Below, piece after piece: positions 38,398 through 49,253 of a DNA stretch of 58,945 nt. Made by a program: the position numbers and the translations under genes. The stretch covers positions 1 through 58,945 of the forward strand of contig CAXHJY010000933.1 of the NCBI GenBank assembly GCA_964016885.1, in the 5' to 3' direction. This DNA is from Eledone cirrhosa (lineage: Eukaryota). The first letter of the stretch is position 1, and each line of letters opens with the position of its first letter. The notes under the pieces are model-generated. The model was not told where the DNA came from. It worked only from the letters and a program-made list of their open reading frames with translations, and did not search any database.

Positions 38398-41300
38398 TCA
38401 TATATATATATATATTTATTAATTTCAAGAACGCCCGTATTCCGTGTGTCATAATTCTCGATTATCATTGGTTCATAGGTTTCAAACGACTCCGCCCACC
38501 TCAACGACGCCAAACTGAAATTAATATGCATAATGCCAATGAGGGAGTGAGAGGGGAGAGTGTGAACGGTGTGTTCAATAACTATTAACATGTGTGTATG
38601 TACGTGCAAGTATGTTTATGTGTGTGTGCATGCATGCAGCGTTCCACGGAAAGTAAAAACTATCAACATGTGTGCGTGTTTAAGTTTGTGTGTGTGGCGT
38701 TCCACAATCGCCACCCAGTTTATCTGTCTGTCAGTCTAATATACACAGAGTTGTGAAGGGAGTAAATGGGGACCTTTCTTTATATTGACGGACATCTTTT
38801 ATATTTATTATTGTGTCATTTTTTGACAATTGCTCGAAATGAATACTGATAATAAAAGCAATTCGACTTTATCAAACAGTGAACTACAGCGGCGACGGCG
38901 TGCAGCCAGCAATGAAGAAAAACGGGCCGAACTTCAAAGGCGAAGATGTGCCGCCATGAATGAAGAGGAGCTGGCTGAACCAAGCCAACGAAACACTGGA
39001 GCCAAGCAGCAACAGCGTGCTGCGATGGTTGAAGACGAACTAGATGAGCATCATCAGCAGATGGCCATAATTCAGCAGCAATGGCGTGCTGCTATGGATG
39101 AAGAGGAGCTGGCTGAACAGCGCCAGCGCAATACAGAAGTTCAGAGAATGTGTCGCCAAAGTGCTCCTCATTCCAGTAAAGAGGCTAGAAGGCGAACAAA
39201 TGATATTAAAAATGGATCATGGCAACCGTGTCATTTTCAGATTGGTGGACAAGCAGAGTGTCCACATTGTGGAGCATTGCTTTGGAGGCACGAAAAGATG
39301 TGGACCACAATGTGCTGCCATAAAGGAGCAGTTCAACTAGAACCCTTGCGAATGCCGGATGATGAGGAGTCACCGGAGTTTAAAATACTAAGTATGTGGG
39401 GTGATCAAGGAGACCGAGGTAGATTACTGCGCAAATATTCGCGGCAAATTAACAATTCATTAGCTTTAGCATCGCAGAGAGTTAGTGAGATGTTTGAGAG
39501 TGGAACATGGCAACCGAATGTAGTCATTCAAGGCCGTTTGTTTCATTGTATCGGTAATTTAGACGTTACCCCAGGAGATAGGCCTCGATTCGCTCAAATT
39601 TTCGTTAACGATCCAGATTATAGTGAATCGGGGGAGGATATCAGGATTGGTTGGATGAAGTTGCCGGGAAATATAACTGAACTTGAACAGTAAAGGTTAA
39701 GTGATTTGATCCGTGATTTGCAATCATGGCTTAGACAGTGTAATCCTTATGTTATGGATTTCATGTTGGTGGCTGAACTGCAAAATGTTGAGCAGCAAAC
39801 ATTGGTGATTAAGGCTGACGCAGTGCCAAGGAATCAACACGAACGGCAATATAATGCCCTTGAAGGATTTCGTGAAGTTGCTGTGCTGATGGACGATAAG
39901 CCTGGATCGAGAGATATCGTCCTCAATCGCAGAGATGGTGGTCTCAAGACTATCAATGAGTCAAATAGGGCATACGATCCATTGCATTATGTTCTTTTAT
40001 TCCCAAAAGATGAAAATGGATGGAACATGTCTGTTCATTTAGATGATCATGAGAATCAGCATCAACAGGGAGGTGGCAATAGACACAATAATTCGATTTG
40101 CGACTTTTACGAGAGGAATCAACAGAGAAATGCGTTATTTCAAGCCAGCAGATTGTTCCAGGAATACTGTTGTATGGCATTCGCAAAGATCGAAAATCAA
40201 AGGCTAAATTATATAGCTACACATCAGCAACATATCAGAGCTGAATTGTATAATAATATACAGGATGTGATAACAGCCGATGATGCCAATTACAAGCAAA
40301 TTGGTCGACGCATCATTTTGCCATCGTCGTTCATCGGCGGCCCGAGATATATGAACATTCGCTATCAGGATGCAATGGCTATTGCCAGAAAGTTTGGAAA
40401 GCCAGATTTGTTTATAATGGTTACATGCAATCCTGAATGGACTGATATTAAGGATGCACTTTTGCCAGGACAACAGCCAAAGGACCGTCCTGATATTGTG
40501 GCAAGAGTATTCAAAGGATATCTGAAAAAGATAATGGATGATGTGGAAAAAGAGGGAATCTTTGGAGGTATAGTTGCTTTTACATACGTAATTGAATTCC
40601 AAAAAAGAGGATTACCACATGCACATTTGCTGATCATTTTACATTGAGATGTGCTGAGGATGTCGACAGCATTGTGTGTGCTAAACTGCCGGAGAATGAG
40701 GCACTACGCAACTTGGTGGCAAAGTCAATGGTGCACAACCAATGCGGAGTGGCAAATCGGAAAGCGCCTTGCATGAAAAAAGGCCAATGCAGTAAGCACT
40801 TTCCGAAATCTTTTGTCACGAACACTTCCTGGAACGACGCGGATGCTCATCCCTCATACAGAAGACGGTCGCCTGCAGATGGCGGTTTGGTCGAAAATGT
40901 AAATGGTCGACAGGTTACAAATCAATGTTTGATTATGAAATATCGTTGTAATATTAATGTGGAAATTTGTATCTCAGGGAAAGCTTACAAATATCTATTC
41001 AAATATGTTTACAAAGGTCATGATCGGGCAATGATCGATGTCAGGAATGAGGAAGCGAACCAAGGAGATGAAGTTGGCAGGTTCCAGGATGTTCGTTCGA
41101 TTGGATCTAGCGAAGCTTGTTGGAGATTGTTCGATTTTGATCTCAATGAACGCAAACCCAGCGTTCAGAAACTGACGGTTCACTTAGAGAATAGGCAAAT
41201 GGTCTGTTTTCAGGACACTAGAAGAGGTCTCGAAAGAATCGCTAACGCACCACCTCCTAAGACGGAATTGACTGAGTGGTTCAAACATAATAGGGAACAT

Positions 41301-42817
41301 GCTTTGAACCCGGATCAAAGGCAACTCTACTGCGATTTCCCTTCGCACTATACGTGGGATAAGAGGAGAAAGAAGTGGAATGGTAGAAAACAAAAGTTGA
41401 GATTCATGACTATTGGACGGGTTTGTAATGTCCATCCAGCATCTGGTGATGTGTTTTATCTCCGAATTCTATTGCATAATGATTTTTCGAGAGGTAAACA
41501 GCTTCGCTGATTTGAAAACAATCAATGGCGTGGAATATGAAACATACCAGGCTGTGTGTCAGCATCTGGGACTCCTTCAGGATGACGCTGAATGGAATAG
41601 CGCCATGGAAGCTGCAGGAACAACACAGATGCCAGCTCAAATAAGGCAGTTTGTCACGATTCTAGGATTCTGCAATCCTGCCGATCCAAGAGAGTTATTT
41701 GAATGCCATGGCTGATGATTTTAGGCATCATCTTCAAGTCGATGATGAAAATTTGATGAAAGCTATTGTTTTGCTCAATATTGAGCAACTGCTTGAAGTT
41801 CATTTCAAATGTTTAACAGATTTCAATTTGCCAATTCCTGATGAAGAAATGCGGCAACGTGTCTTAGCATTGAACATGAGATTGCAGCTTAGATGGTTGC
41901 CACTCGATCGGAGGGAACTATTCCAGTTTGATCCACTGGAACAGCAACGTATTGTGGATGAACGTATGCCAATGTTGACCCAATCTCAGAGAGAAATGTT
42001 CGATGGCGTTCTCCACTCGATTTCCACTAATGAGCAACTTTGTGCTTTCATAGATGTTCCAGGAGGCACCGGAAAGACATTCTGTTTCAACACTATGTTA
42101 TCGGCAGTCAGAGCTCAGAGGAAGATTGCTCTCCCTGTGGCCACCAGTGGGATCGCTGCCACTTTGCTGAGTGGTGGAAGGACCTTCCACTCATGCTTCA
42201 AGGCTCCATTGGCTCCGGATGAGTTGAGTGTCTGTAACATTACAGGACAAAGTGAACTCGCGGGCCTTATACGCAATACGTCTCTGATTATTTGGGACGA
42301 GGCTCCAATGACACATAGATATTTGCTGGAGGCATTGGACAGAACTTTGAGAGATATCTGCGATAGTGACCTGCCATTCAGTGGTAAGATTATCGTTCTT
42401 GGTTGCGATTTCAGACAGGTGCTACTAATTGTTAGGAATGCTCAAAGAGCGCAAATTGTCGATGCATGTCTGAAAAAGTCCCCGTGGTGGCACCATTTCA
42501 GAGTTTTGCGATTACACGATTGGAACTTCCATCATCCTTTTAAGATACACGTTTTATAGTCAGGCAGAAGATGAACCATCTCCTAGAGGTCACTATTCTA
42601 GGTGGGAGCACCTAGAATTGTACATATACTATGCACAAACGATACAACAAAGAATCTGGTATATCTGGAAGATTTTTTTTTACTGTTTTTTGTACCACAC
42701 AGACACCACAGACTCACCTCATACTGTAACCAGACAAACATCCAATACAGTCATTTTCTCTTTTACCTGTCTTCTCTTATCATCTGTTTACCCGGGCGAA
42801 GCTGGGTACGTCAGCTA

Positions 42818-42818
<1 letters not shown>
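38398..42818 (+). mobile_element. Autonomous-type Helitron, disrupted (5' boundary uncertain)
   Basis: RepHel coding region; 3' hairpin TACCCGGGCGAAGCTGGGTA followed by CTAG|T at 42815-42819. Confidence 0.88.
38830..42675 (+). pseudogene. Helitron Rep/Pif1-helicase pseudogene
   Basis: CPHCGALLW...CCHKG zinc finger; Rep motifs PDLFIMVTCNP, VIEFQKRGLPHAHLLI, YLFKYVYKG; helicase motifs GTGKT, IIWDEAPM, DFRQ; C-terminal TKNLVYLE. In-frame stop at 39691 and frameshifts near 40645, 41500 and 41705. Confidence 0.93.
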
Positions 42819-42819
<1 letters not shown>

Positions 42820-42870
<51 letters not shown>

Positions 42871-43002
42871 CGTATATGTATGTATATATATATATGTGTG
42901 TGTGTATGTATATGTATGTATATATATATGTGTGTGTGTATATGTATATGTATGTATGTATATGTATGTATATATGTGTATGTATGTATATATATATATA
43001 TA
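42820..43002. repeat. TA/TG microsatellite between the Helitron 3' end and the LINE 5' end
   Basis: Direct reading. Confidence 0.95.
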
Positions 43003-46000
43003 TTTTCTCTATCGTATTTTCTTAAACAAAACAAATCTTGTATTTTCGTTTATTGTTAAATTATGCCCAATTTTTTCTCGATTCTTCTCTCCATTCGAAC
43101 CCATTCATTCAATCACTTCTATGTCCTAATTTCACACTATATCATATTTTCACCATTCTATATCATATCTTTTCTCTAAAAATCATATTTTCCCTATCAC
43201 CGCATTTTCTCTATCGTATTTTCTTAAACAAAACAAATCTTGTATTTTCGTTTATTGTTAAATCATGCCCAAAATACGGCGATCTTATCTTAAACCTTAC
43301 ATTCTCGCTAACAACCCATCATCCCTCCCTCCCGCCCCCACGCACCACCATTATTACGTGGACCAATCATAAGTCAGAGGCCCATACTATCGCTTAACTG
43401 GTTGCTTTTCGATATGATGGATGGACTACGGAATTCTGGAGAGTTGAAGAGAGAAAAATGTGGACGCTCAGCGACAATGCCAAAGATAAAGCCAAATTCA
43501 CCTCGTGGACGAGAATGCAAGCACTCCTCCTTGTTTCGGCCCAGGATGGCTAACATAACCCCATCCCCCCCCGCGCCCCACCGCTCCCACCCTCCAAACG
43601 CAATCCAAAACTTCAGAGTTGGTACCATGAATGTAGGCACCTTAAAGGGTCGCTCTAACGAGGTTGTAGAAATGCTTGAACGTAAGGAGGTCGATGTTTG
43701 TTGTATTCAAGAGACCAGGTGGAGGGGAGGGTCGGCTAGATTCATCGTGGGTAAAGAACGATGCTATAAGCTTTTCTGGGTGGGAAATGACAATGGGTTG
43801 GGTGGGGTAGGAATCATGGTAGCAGAAAAGTGGGCAGATAAGATAATAGACGTAAATAGAGTGAACGACAGAATAATTAAAATAAGACTTGTCCTCAATA
43901 AAACTACGGTGACAGTAATATCTGCGTACGCACCCCAATCCGGACTGCCCCGCGCTATAAAAGACAGATTCTACGAGACACTGATGCTCGCTACCTCCCA
44001 AATAACCGACAGTGACTATATAGTTATTGCAGGCGACCTAAATGGTCACGTTGGACAACATTGTGACGGCTATGACGGAATCCATGGAGGCTATGGGTTC
44101 GGTACTAGAAATGAGGAAGGCTCCAGAATCCTGGAATTCTGCGACGCAAATAACTTAACTATCTGTAACACTAACTTCAAAAAACGAGACAATCACTTGA
44201 TCACCTATAGATCGGGGGAACACACAAGCCAGGTAGATTATATCCTTACCAGAAGACGTGACAGAGTGTCTGTTGTTAACACTAAATCCCACCCCCATGA
44301 AGAATTCACCTCCCAACATAGACTGATAATTAGCGACCTCATAGTCAGGACGAGACGTACTAGACAGCGGAAGAGGACTATCCTCAGGAGAAAAATATGG
44401 AAGCTAAAGGACCCCATAGCCAGAAATAAATTTCAAAGCAAATTACTTGACGCTTTCGACAGTAAGGAAGAGCAATTAGAGTCGTATAATATAGAGGAAC
44501 AGTGGGAATTCCTGAGAGCAAACCTGCTGACGGCGGCAGACGAAGTCTGTGGCTGGAGCAGGCCTGTAGGTAGGAGGAGAGTAACATGGTGGTGGAACAG
44601 TAAGGTGGAGGAGTCAATTAAGGCCAAAAAGCAGGCTTGGAAAGTATGGCGGGATGGGGGAAGTAGAGAAGACTATCAAGTGGCCAGGAGGGAAGCTAGG
44701 AGACAAGTGTACTTCGCAAGAAGGGAAGCAGAGGAAAGAAAGTTCAAGCATGTTCTACAACGTGAGGACCAAAAACGTGAGGTGTTCAGGATTGCCAGGC
44801 AATGTGTCAAGGAAAACCGTGATATTGTCGGGGAGAAGTGTGTACTTAACGATGATGGCATACTTGCCATCACCGACGCTGATAAGAAGGTAGCTTGGAA
44901 GTGTCACTACGAAAGGCTTCTAAATGAGGAGAACAAATGGGAGAAAGACAGTCTCCCCCAGATCGATCCAATAGAGGGACCAGCAGTGTTAGTTGAAGGT
45001 AGTATAATAAGTAAGGCAATCAAAGATATGAAGACGGGTAAGGCGACTGGGCCTTCGGAAATAGTTGCTGAGATGCTGAAGGCATCTGGTTCGGTGGGAC
45101 ACACCATGGTCACCCGGATAGTTAACCAAGTCGTACAGAATGGGGTTGTTCCGAAGGAATGGCGTAGCAGCATCATCGTTAACTGCTATAAGGGAAAAGG
45201 AGATGCCCTAGATAGGAGTAACTATAGAGGCATTAAATTAATCGACCAGGTCATGAAGGTCACGGAAAAAGTAATAGCGCAACTAATCAGAGAGAGAATT
45301 GATCTAGATGAAATGCAGTTCGGGTTTGTGTCAGGCAAAAGTACCACAGACGCTCTTTTCATTGTACGACAACTACAGGAGAAGTACCTAGCTAAAAGTA
45401 AACCCCTATACTTAGCTTTTGTCGACTTGGAGAAAGCCTTCGACAGAGTCCCCCGTTCCATTATCTGGTGGTCTCTTAGAAAACTAGGTGTTGACGAATG
45501 GCTTGTGAGAGCTATACAAGCCATGTATAAAGAAACAGTCAGTAAGGTTAGAATTAACAACGAATATAGTGAAGAGTTTAGCGTAAAAGTTGGTGTCCAT
45601 CAGGGCTCTGTACTTAGCCCCCTACTATTTATTATTGCCCTTCAGGCTATAACAGAGGAGTTCAAGACCGGCTGCCCATGGGAACTCCTATACGCAGATG
45701 ATCTAACGCTCATAGCTGAATCAATGACCGAACTAGAGAAGAAATTCCAAACGTGGAAGCACGGCCTAGAATCAAAAGGCCTTAAAATTAACCTGGCTAA
45801 GACTAAAGTTCTAGTTTGTAGGAAAGAAAATAAGGCGGCGGTCCCATCGGGGAAATGGCCATGCTCAGTGTGTAGGAAAGGCGTAGGTAGAAACTCCATT
45901 TTATGTCCCAAATGCAAAGTATGGGTGCATAAAAGATGTAGTGGGATCACAGGTAAGCTAACTAAGAACATAGATTTTACATGTGGCCGGTGCTCTGGTG

Positions 46001-47027
46001 CAATAAGTAGCAGCAAGTGCCCACAAAATACTAGCTCCTTCAACTGCGCAGAGGGTTCTATAGAAATAGTGGACAGCTTCCGTTATCTGGGTGACAAAAT
46101 CAGCAGTGGGGGAGGGTGCTCTGAAAGTACAGTAGCTAGAGTCAGAACTGGATGGAAAAAGTTCAGAGAGCTTATACCACTATTAGCCGCTAGAGGGTTC
46201 TCCCTAAAAATGAAAGGCAGGTTATACGATGCCTGCATACGAACAGCAATGCTGCATGGCAGTGAGACCTGGGCATTGTGTGCAGAGGATATACGCAGAC
46301 TAGAGAGGAACGAAGCTTGCATGCTCCGCTGGATGTGCAATAGTAATATACGTGAACGGCAAAGCATAAACGAACTAAGGAAAAAATTAGAAATAAGAGG
46401 GATCAGATGTTGTTTACTCGAGAGAAGGCTACGTTGGTACGGTCACGTGATGCGCATGAAAGACGACAGCTGTATAACAAAGTGCAGGGCAATAAAGATA
46501 GACGGTAGCCACGGAGTAGGCAGACCCAGAAAAACATGGGACGAGCTGATAAATTCCGACCTCACACGCTTGCACCTCTCCAAGACCTTTGGCGGTACTC
46601 AGTAATAGAGAAGACCCGCCTTACCTAAATACAAAGTAAAAACCTACTACAGTCAGTAGGCATCTCTATCAAAACACACCCCCGTCCCACCACCTCCACC
46701 CCACCCACACCGCCCCTTTCAATGTAAAGTTATGTTGGTCCCACAACATCCAGGCCGAAACAAATGAGATCGTGTAGGTGTCACGACAAAAAACACACAG
46801 TCCACGCTGTAAATGTGGCCGTATAGGCAACACGGTAAAAACCTCCCAGCCCCACACTATAAATGTGGTTGGTGTTAGGAAGGGCATCCAACTGTAGAAA
46901 ACTCGCCAGACAGTCCTATGCGAGCAAGACAACCACTCTTGCCTCAAGTGGGAAAACCCCCGTCCAAACCCATGCAAGCGTGGAACACGGACGCTAAACC
47001 TGATGATGATGATGATGATGATGATGA
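43003..47027 (+). mobile_element. Full-length RTE-clade non-LTR retrotransposon (family A), inserted in (TA)n-rich DNA
   Basis: About 400-bp 5' UTR, a single APE-RT ORF, about 400-bp 3' UTR and a (GAT)n tail at 47001-47027. Both flanks are TA/TG microsatellite. Confidence 0.93.
43402..46605 (+). CDS. RTE ORF: apurinic-like endonuclease + reverse transcriptase with embedded C4HC3 finger (first ATG 43414)
   Basis: APE motifs GTMNV, IQETRW, SAYAP, AGDLNGHVG, QVDYIL, SQHR. RT motifs NYRGIKL, QFGF, FVDLEKAFD, GVHQGSVLSP, LLYADD, FRYLG. RTE C-terminus ERRLRWYGHVMRM...GRPRKTW. The last codons are frameshifted. Confidence 0.95.
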   Translation: MLFDMMDGLRNSGELKREKCGRSATMPKIKPNSPRGRECKHSSLFRPRMANITPSPPAPHRSHPPNAIQNFRVGTMNVGTLKGRSNEVVEMLERKEVDVCCIQETRWRGGSARFIVGKERCYKLFWVGNDNGLGGVGIMVAEKWADKIIDVNRVNDRIIKIRLVLNKTTVTVISAYAPQSGLPRAIKDRFYETLMLATSQITDSDYIVIAGDLNGHVGQHCDGYDGIHGGYGFGTRNEEGSRILEFCDANNLTICNTNFKKRDNHLITYRSGEHTSQVDYILTRRRDRVSVVNTKSHPHEEFTSQHRLIISDLIVRTRRTRQRKRTILRRKIWKLKDPIARNKFQSKLLDAFDSKEEQLESYNIEEQWEFLRANLLTAADEVCGWSRPVGRRRVTWWWNSKVEESIKAKKQAWKVWRDGGSREDYQVARREARRQVYFARREAEERKFKHVLQREDQKREVFRIARQCVKENRDIVGEKCVLNDDGILAITDADKKVAWKCHYERLLNEENKWEKDSLPQIDPIEGPAVLVEGSIISKAIKDMKTGKATGPSEIVAEMLKASGSVGHTMVTRIVNQVVQNGVVPKEWRSSIIVNCYKGKGDALDRSNYRGIKLIDQVMKVTEKVIAQLIRERIDLDEMQFGFVSGKSTTDALFIVRQLQEKYLAKSKPLYLAFVDLEKAFDRVPRSIIWWSLRKLGVDEWLVRAIQAMYKETVSKVRINNEYSEEFSVKVGVHQGSVLSPLLFIIALQAITEEFKTGCPWELLYADDLTLIAESMTELEKKFQTWKHGLESKGLKINLAKTKVLVCRKENKAAVPSGKWPCSVCRKGVGRNSILCPKCKVWVHKRCSGITGKLTKNIDFTCGRCSGAISSSKCPQNTSSFNCAEGSIEIVDSFRYLGDKISSGGGCSESTVARVRTGWKKFRELIPLLAARGFSLKMKGRLYDACIRTAMLHGSETWALCAEDIRRLERNEACMLRWMCNSNIRERQSINELRKKLEIRGIRCCLLERRLRWYGHVMRMKDDSCITKCRAIKIDGSHGVGRPRKTWDELINSDLTRLHLSKTFGGTQ

Positions 47028-47059
47028 TATATATGTATGTGTGTATATATATGTATGTG

Positions 47060-47101
<42 letters not shown>

Positions 47102-47146
47102 CTGGTTAAGTCTATACCCAATAATAGCAACACTGTTATTATTATT

Positions 47147-47336
47147 GGTGGGTTGGCAGTATCGGTAGAGGGTCGGACGCCATGCTTTCCAGCATAGTTA
47201 CGTCCCTTTACGATCTGAGTTTAAATCCTGCCGAGGTTGACTTTGCCTTTCATCCTTACAGGGTCGATAAAATAAAGTACCAGTAATGCACTGGGTAATT
47301 GCTGGCCTTGTGCCTAAAGTAGAAACAATTATTATT
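47147..47336 (+). mobile_element. SINE with Meta-like central domain
   Basis: B-box-like GAGTTTAAATCC then GCCTTTCATCCTTACAGGGTCGATAAAATAAAGTACCAG and an ATT tail; decayed minus-strand copies near 5560-5745, 5800-5995, 13430-13590 and 14750-14900. Confidence 0.6.
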
Positions 47337-47779
47337 AAAGTTTTATATATATATATATACATATATATATTTATTTAAAAATAAGAGGAAAGCCCAAACG
47401 GGGAACATTCCCATCATCAGTTGTCTACTGGGGATCACGGACATTTCAACACATTAAAGACAATATGTCTAGCTCTATTGGAAGTTATTGGGGAGAAAAG
47501 GGAGAGAGAAAAAAAATCACAGAAGGGAAAAAAAGAAAAAAAATGCAGAGAACAACCGAAAAAGAGGGGAAAAGCACATGTATGTATATAAGTAACCAGG
47601 AGAGAGAGAGAGAGAAGTAAAAAACAGCTACTGAACATAAGTCCGAGGCTTTTGTTGACGGTGAATTAGAGAGAGCGAAGAAAATAGGTCTGAGCTCTGC
47701 AAGAGTAGGCGAAAAGAGGCAGATATGAGAGAAAACGGAAGTAGTATGAGGAGCAGAGAGAAGGAGAGTAAAAGTGAGA

Positions 47780-49235
47780 GGGACCAGGTCATGAAAGTCA
47801 CAGAAAGAATTATAGCAAAGATGATTAGTGACCGGATTAATCTAGATGAGATGCAGTTCGGATTTGTGCCAAGTAAAAGTACCACAGATGCTCTCTTTCT
47901 TGTGAAGTAGCAACAGGAGAAGTACCTACCTAAAAGTAAGCCGCTCTAACTGGCGTTTGTTGATCTTGAGAAAGTTTTTGACAGAGTCCCCCCATGCTAT
48001 TATCCAGTGGACACTTAGAGAAAGAGTAAAAGAGAGGCTTGTGAAGGCGATACGAGCCATGTATAGGGGAGCGGTCAGCAAAGTTAGGATTAACAATGAC
48101 TATAGTGTGGAATTTAGCATGCAGGTTGTCGTCCACCAACGCTCTGCCATTAGCCCTCTCCTGTTTATTATCATTCTGCAAGCTATAACAGAGGTGTTTA
48201 AGACTAACTGCCCATTGGAATTCCGGTATGCAGATGATCTTACACTCTAGTTGAATCTATAGCAGAATTACAGAAGAAATTTCAAACCTGGAAGCATGAC
48301 CTAGAAACAAAAGGTCTTAAAGTCAACCTTACAAAGACTAAGGTCCTAGTAAGTAGAAAGGAAAAAATTCGAAATCCCCTCAATTGCTCAGTATGTAGGA
48401 AATGTGTAGGTAGAAATTCCATCCACTGTTCCAAATGCAAACTATGGGTACACAAGAACATAGGTCTTTCATGTAGCTATTGCAGTGGAGCAGTAAGTAG
48501 CAAACAACCACAGGAAACAAGCACTATCAAATTCTGGGAAGGTTCGGTAGAAGCGGTAGACAGCTTCTGCTACCTAGGTGACCAAAGTAGCAGCAGAGGT
48601 AGGTATTCTGAAAGTACAGTAGCCAGAGTGAAAATGGGATGGAAGTTCAGGGAGTTGCTACCACTGTTAGCTGCAAAAGGCTTTTCCCTCAAAATGAAAG
48701 ACAGATTGTACGACGCATGTATACAAACAGCAGTATTGCAGTGGGGCCTGGGCACTGTGTGTGCAGAGGACTTACTAAGATTGGAAAGAAATTAAGCTTG
48801 CCTGCTTCAATGGATGTGTAATAATAATATCTGTGAACGGCAAAGGATAAACGAACTGAGAGAGAAACTAGGCATAAGAGGAATCAGATGCAGTGTGCGG
48901 GGGAGGAGATTGTGTTGGTATGGATATGTGATGAATATGAAGGATGACAGGTGTATAAAAAAAATGCAGAGCACTCAAAGTTGATGGAAGCGATGGAATA
49001 GAAAGGCCCGGGAAGCCTTGAGGTGATAAAAGCTGTGCTTGCACAATTGCACCACTCAAAGGCCAGCCCACACTGTAAATGTAGTTAGCGTTAGGAAGGG
49101 CATTCAGATGTAGAAACCAAACCAAAATCAGTTCTGTATAAGCAAGACCTGGTCACCTGACCTTGGTTTCCCTCAAATAGAACATCCCATCTAACCCATG
49201 CTAGCATGGGTTAGATGATGTTGATGATAATGATA
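47780..49235 (+). mobile_element. Degenerate 5'-truncated RTE
   Basis: DQVMKVTERII...EMQFGFVP and RYADDLTL with many stops; (GAT)n tail. Confidence 0.85.
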
Positions 49236-49253
49236 TATATATGTATTTATATA

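Noticed and set aside
47375-47720. Minus-strand CTGATGA plus hairpin, possible PLE terminal remnant
   Set aside because: GAAA core missing and coding similarity too weak to call.
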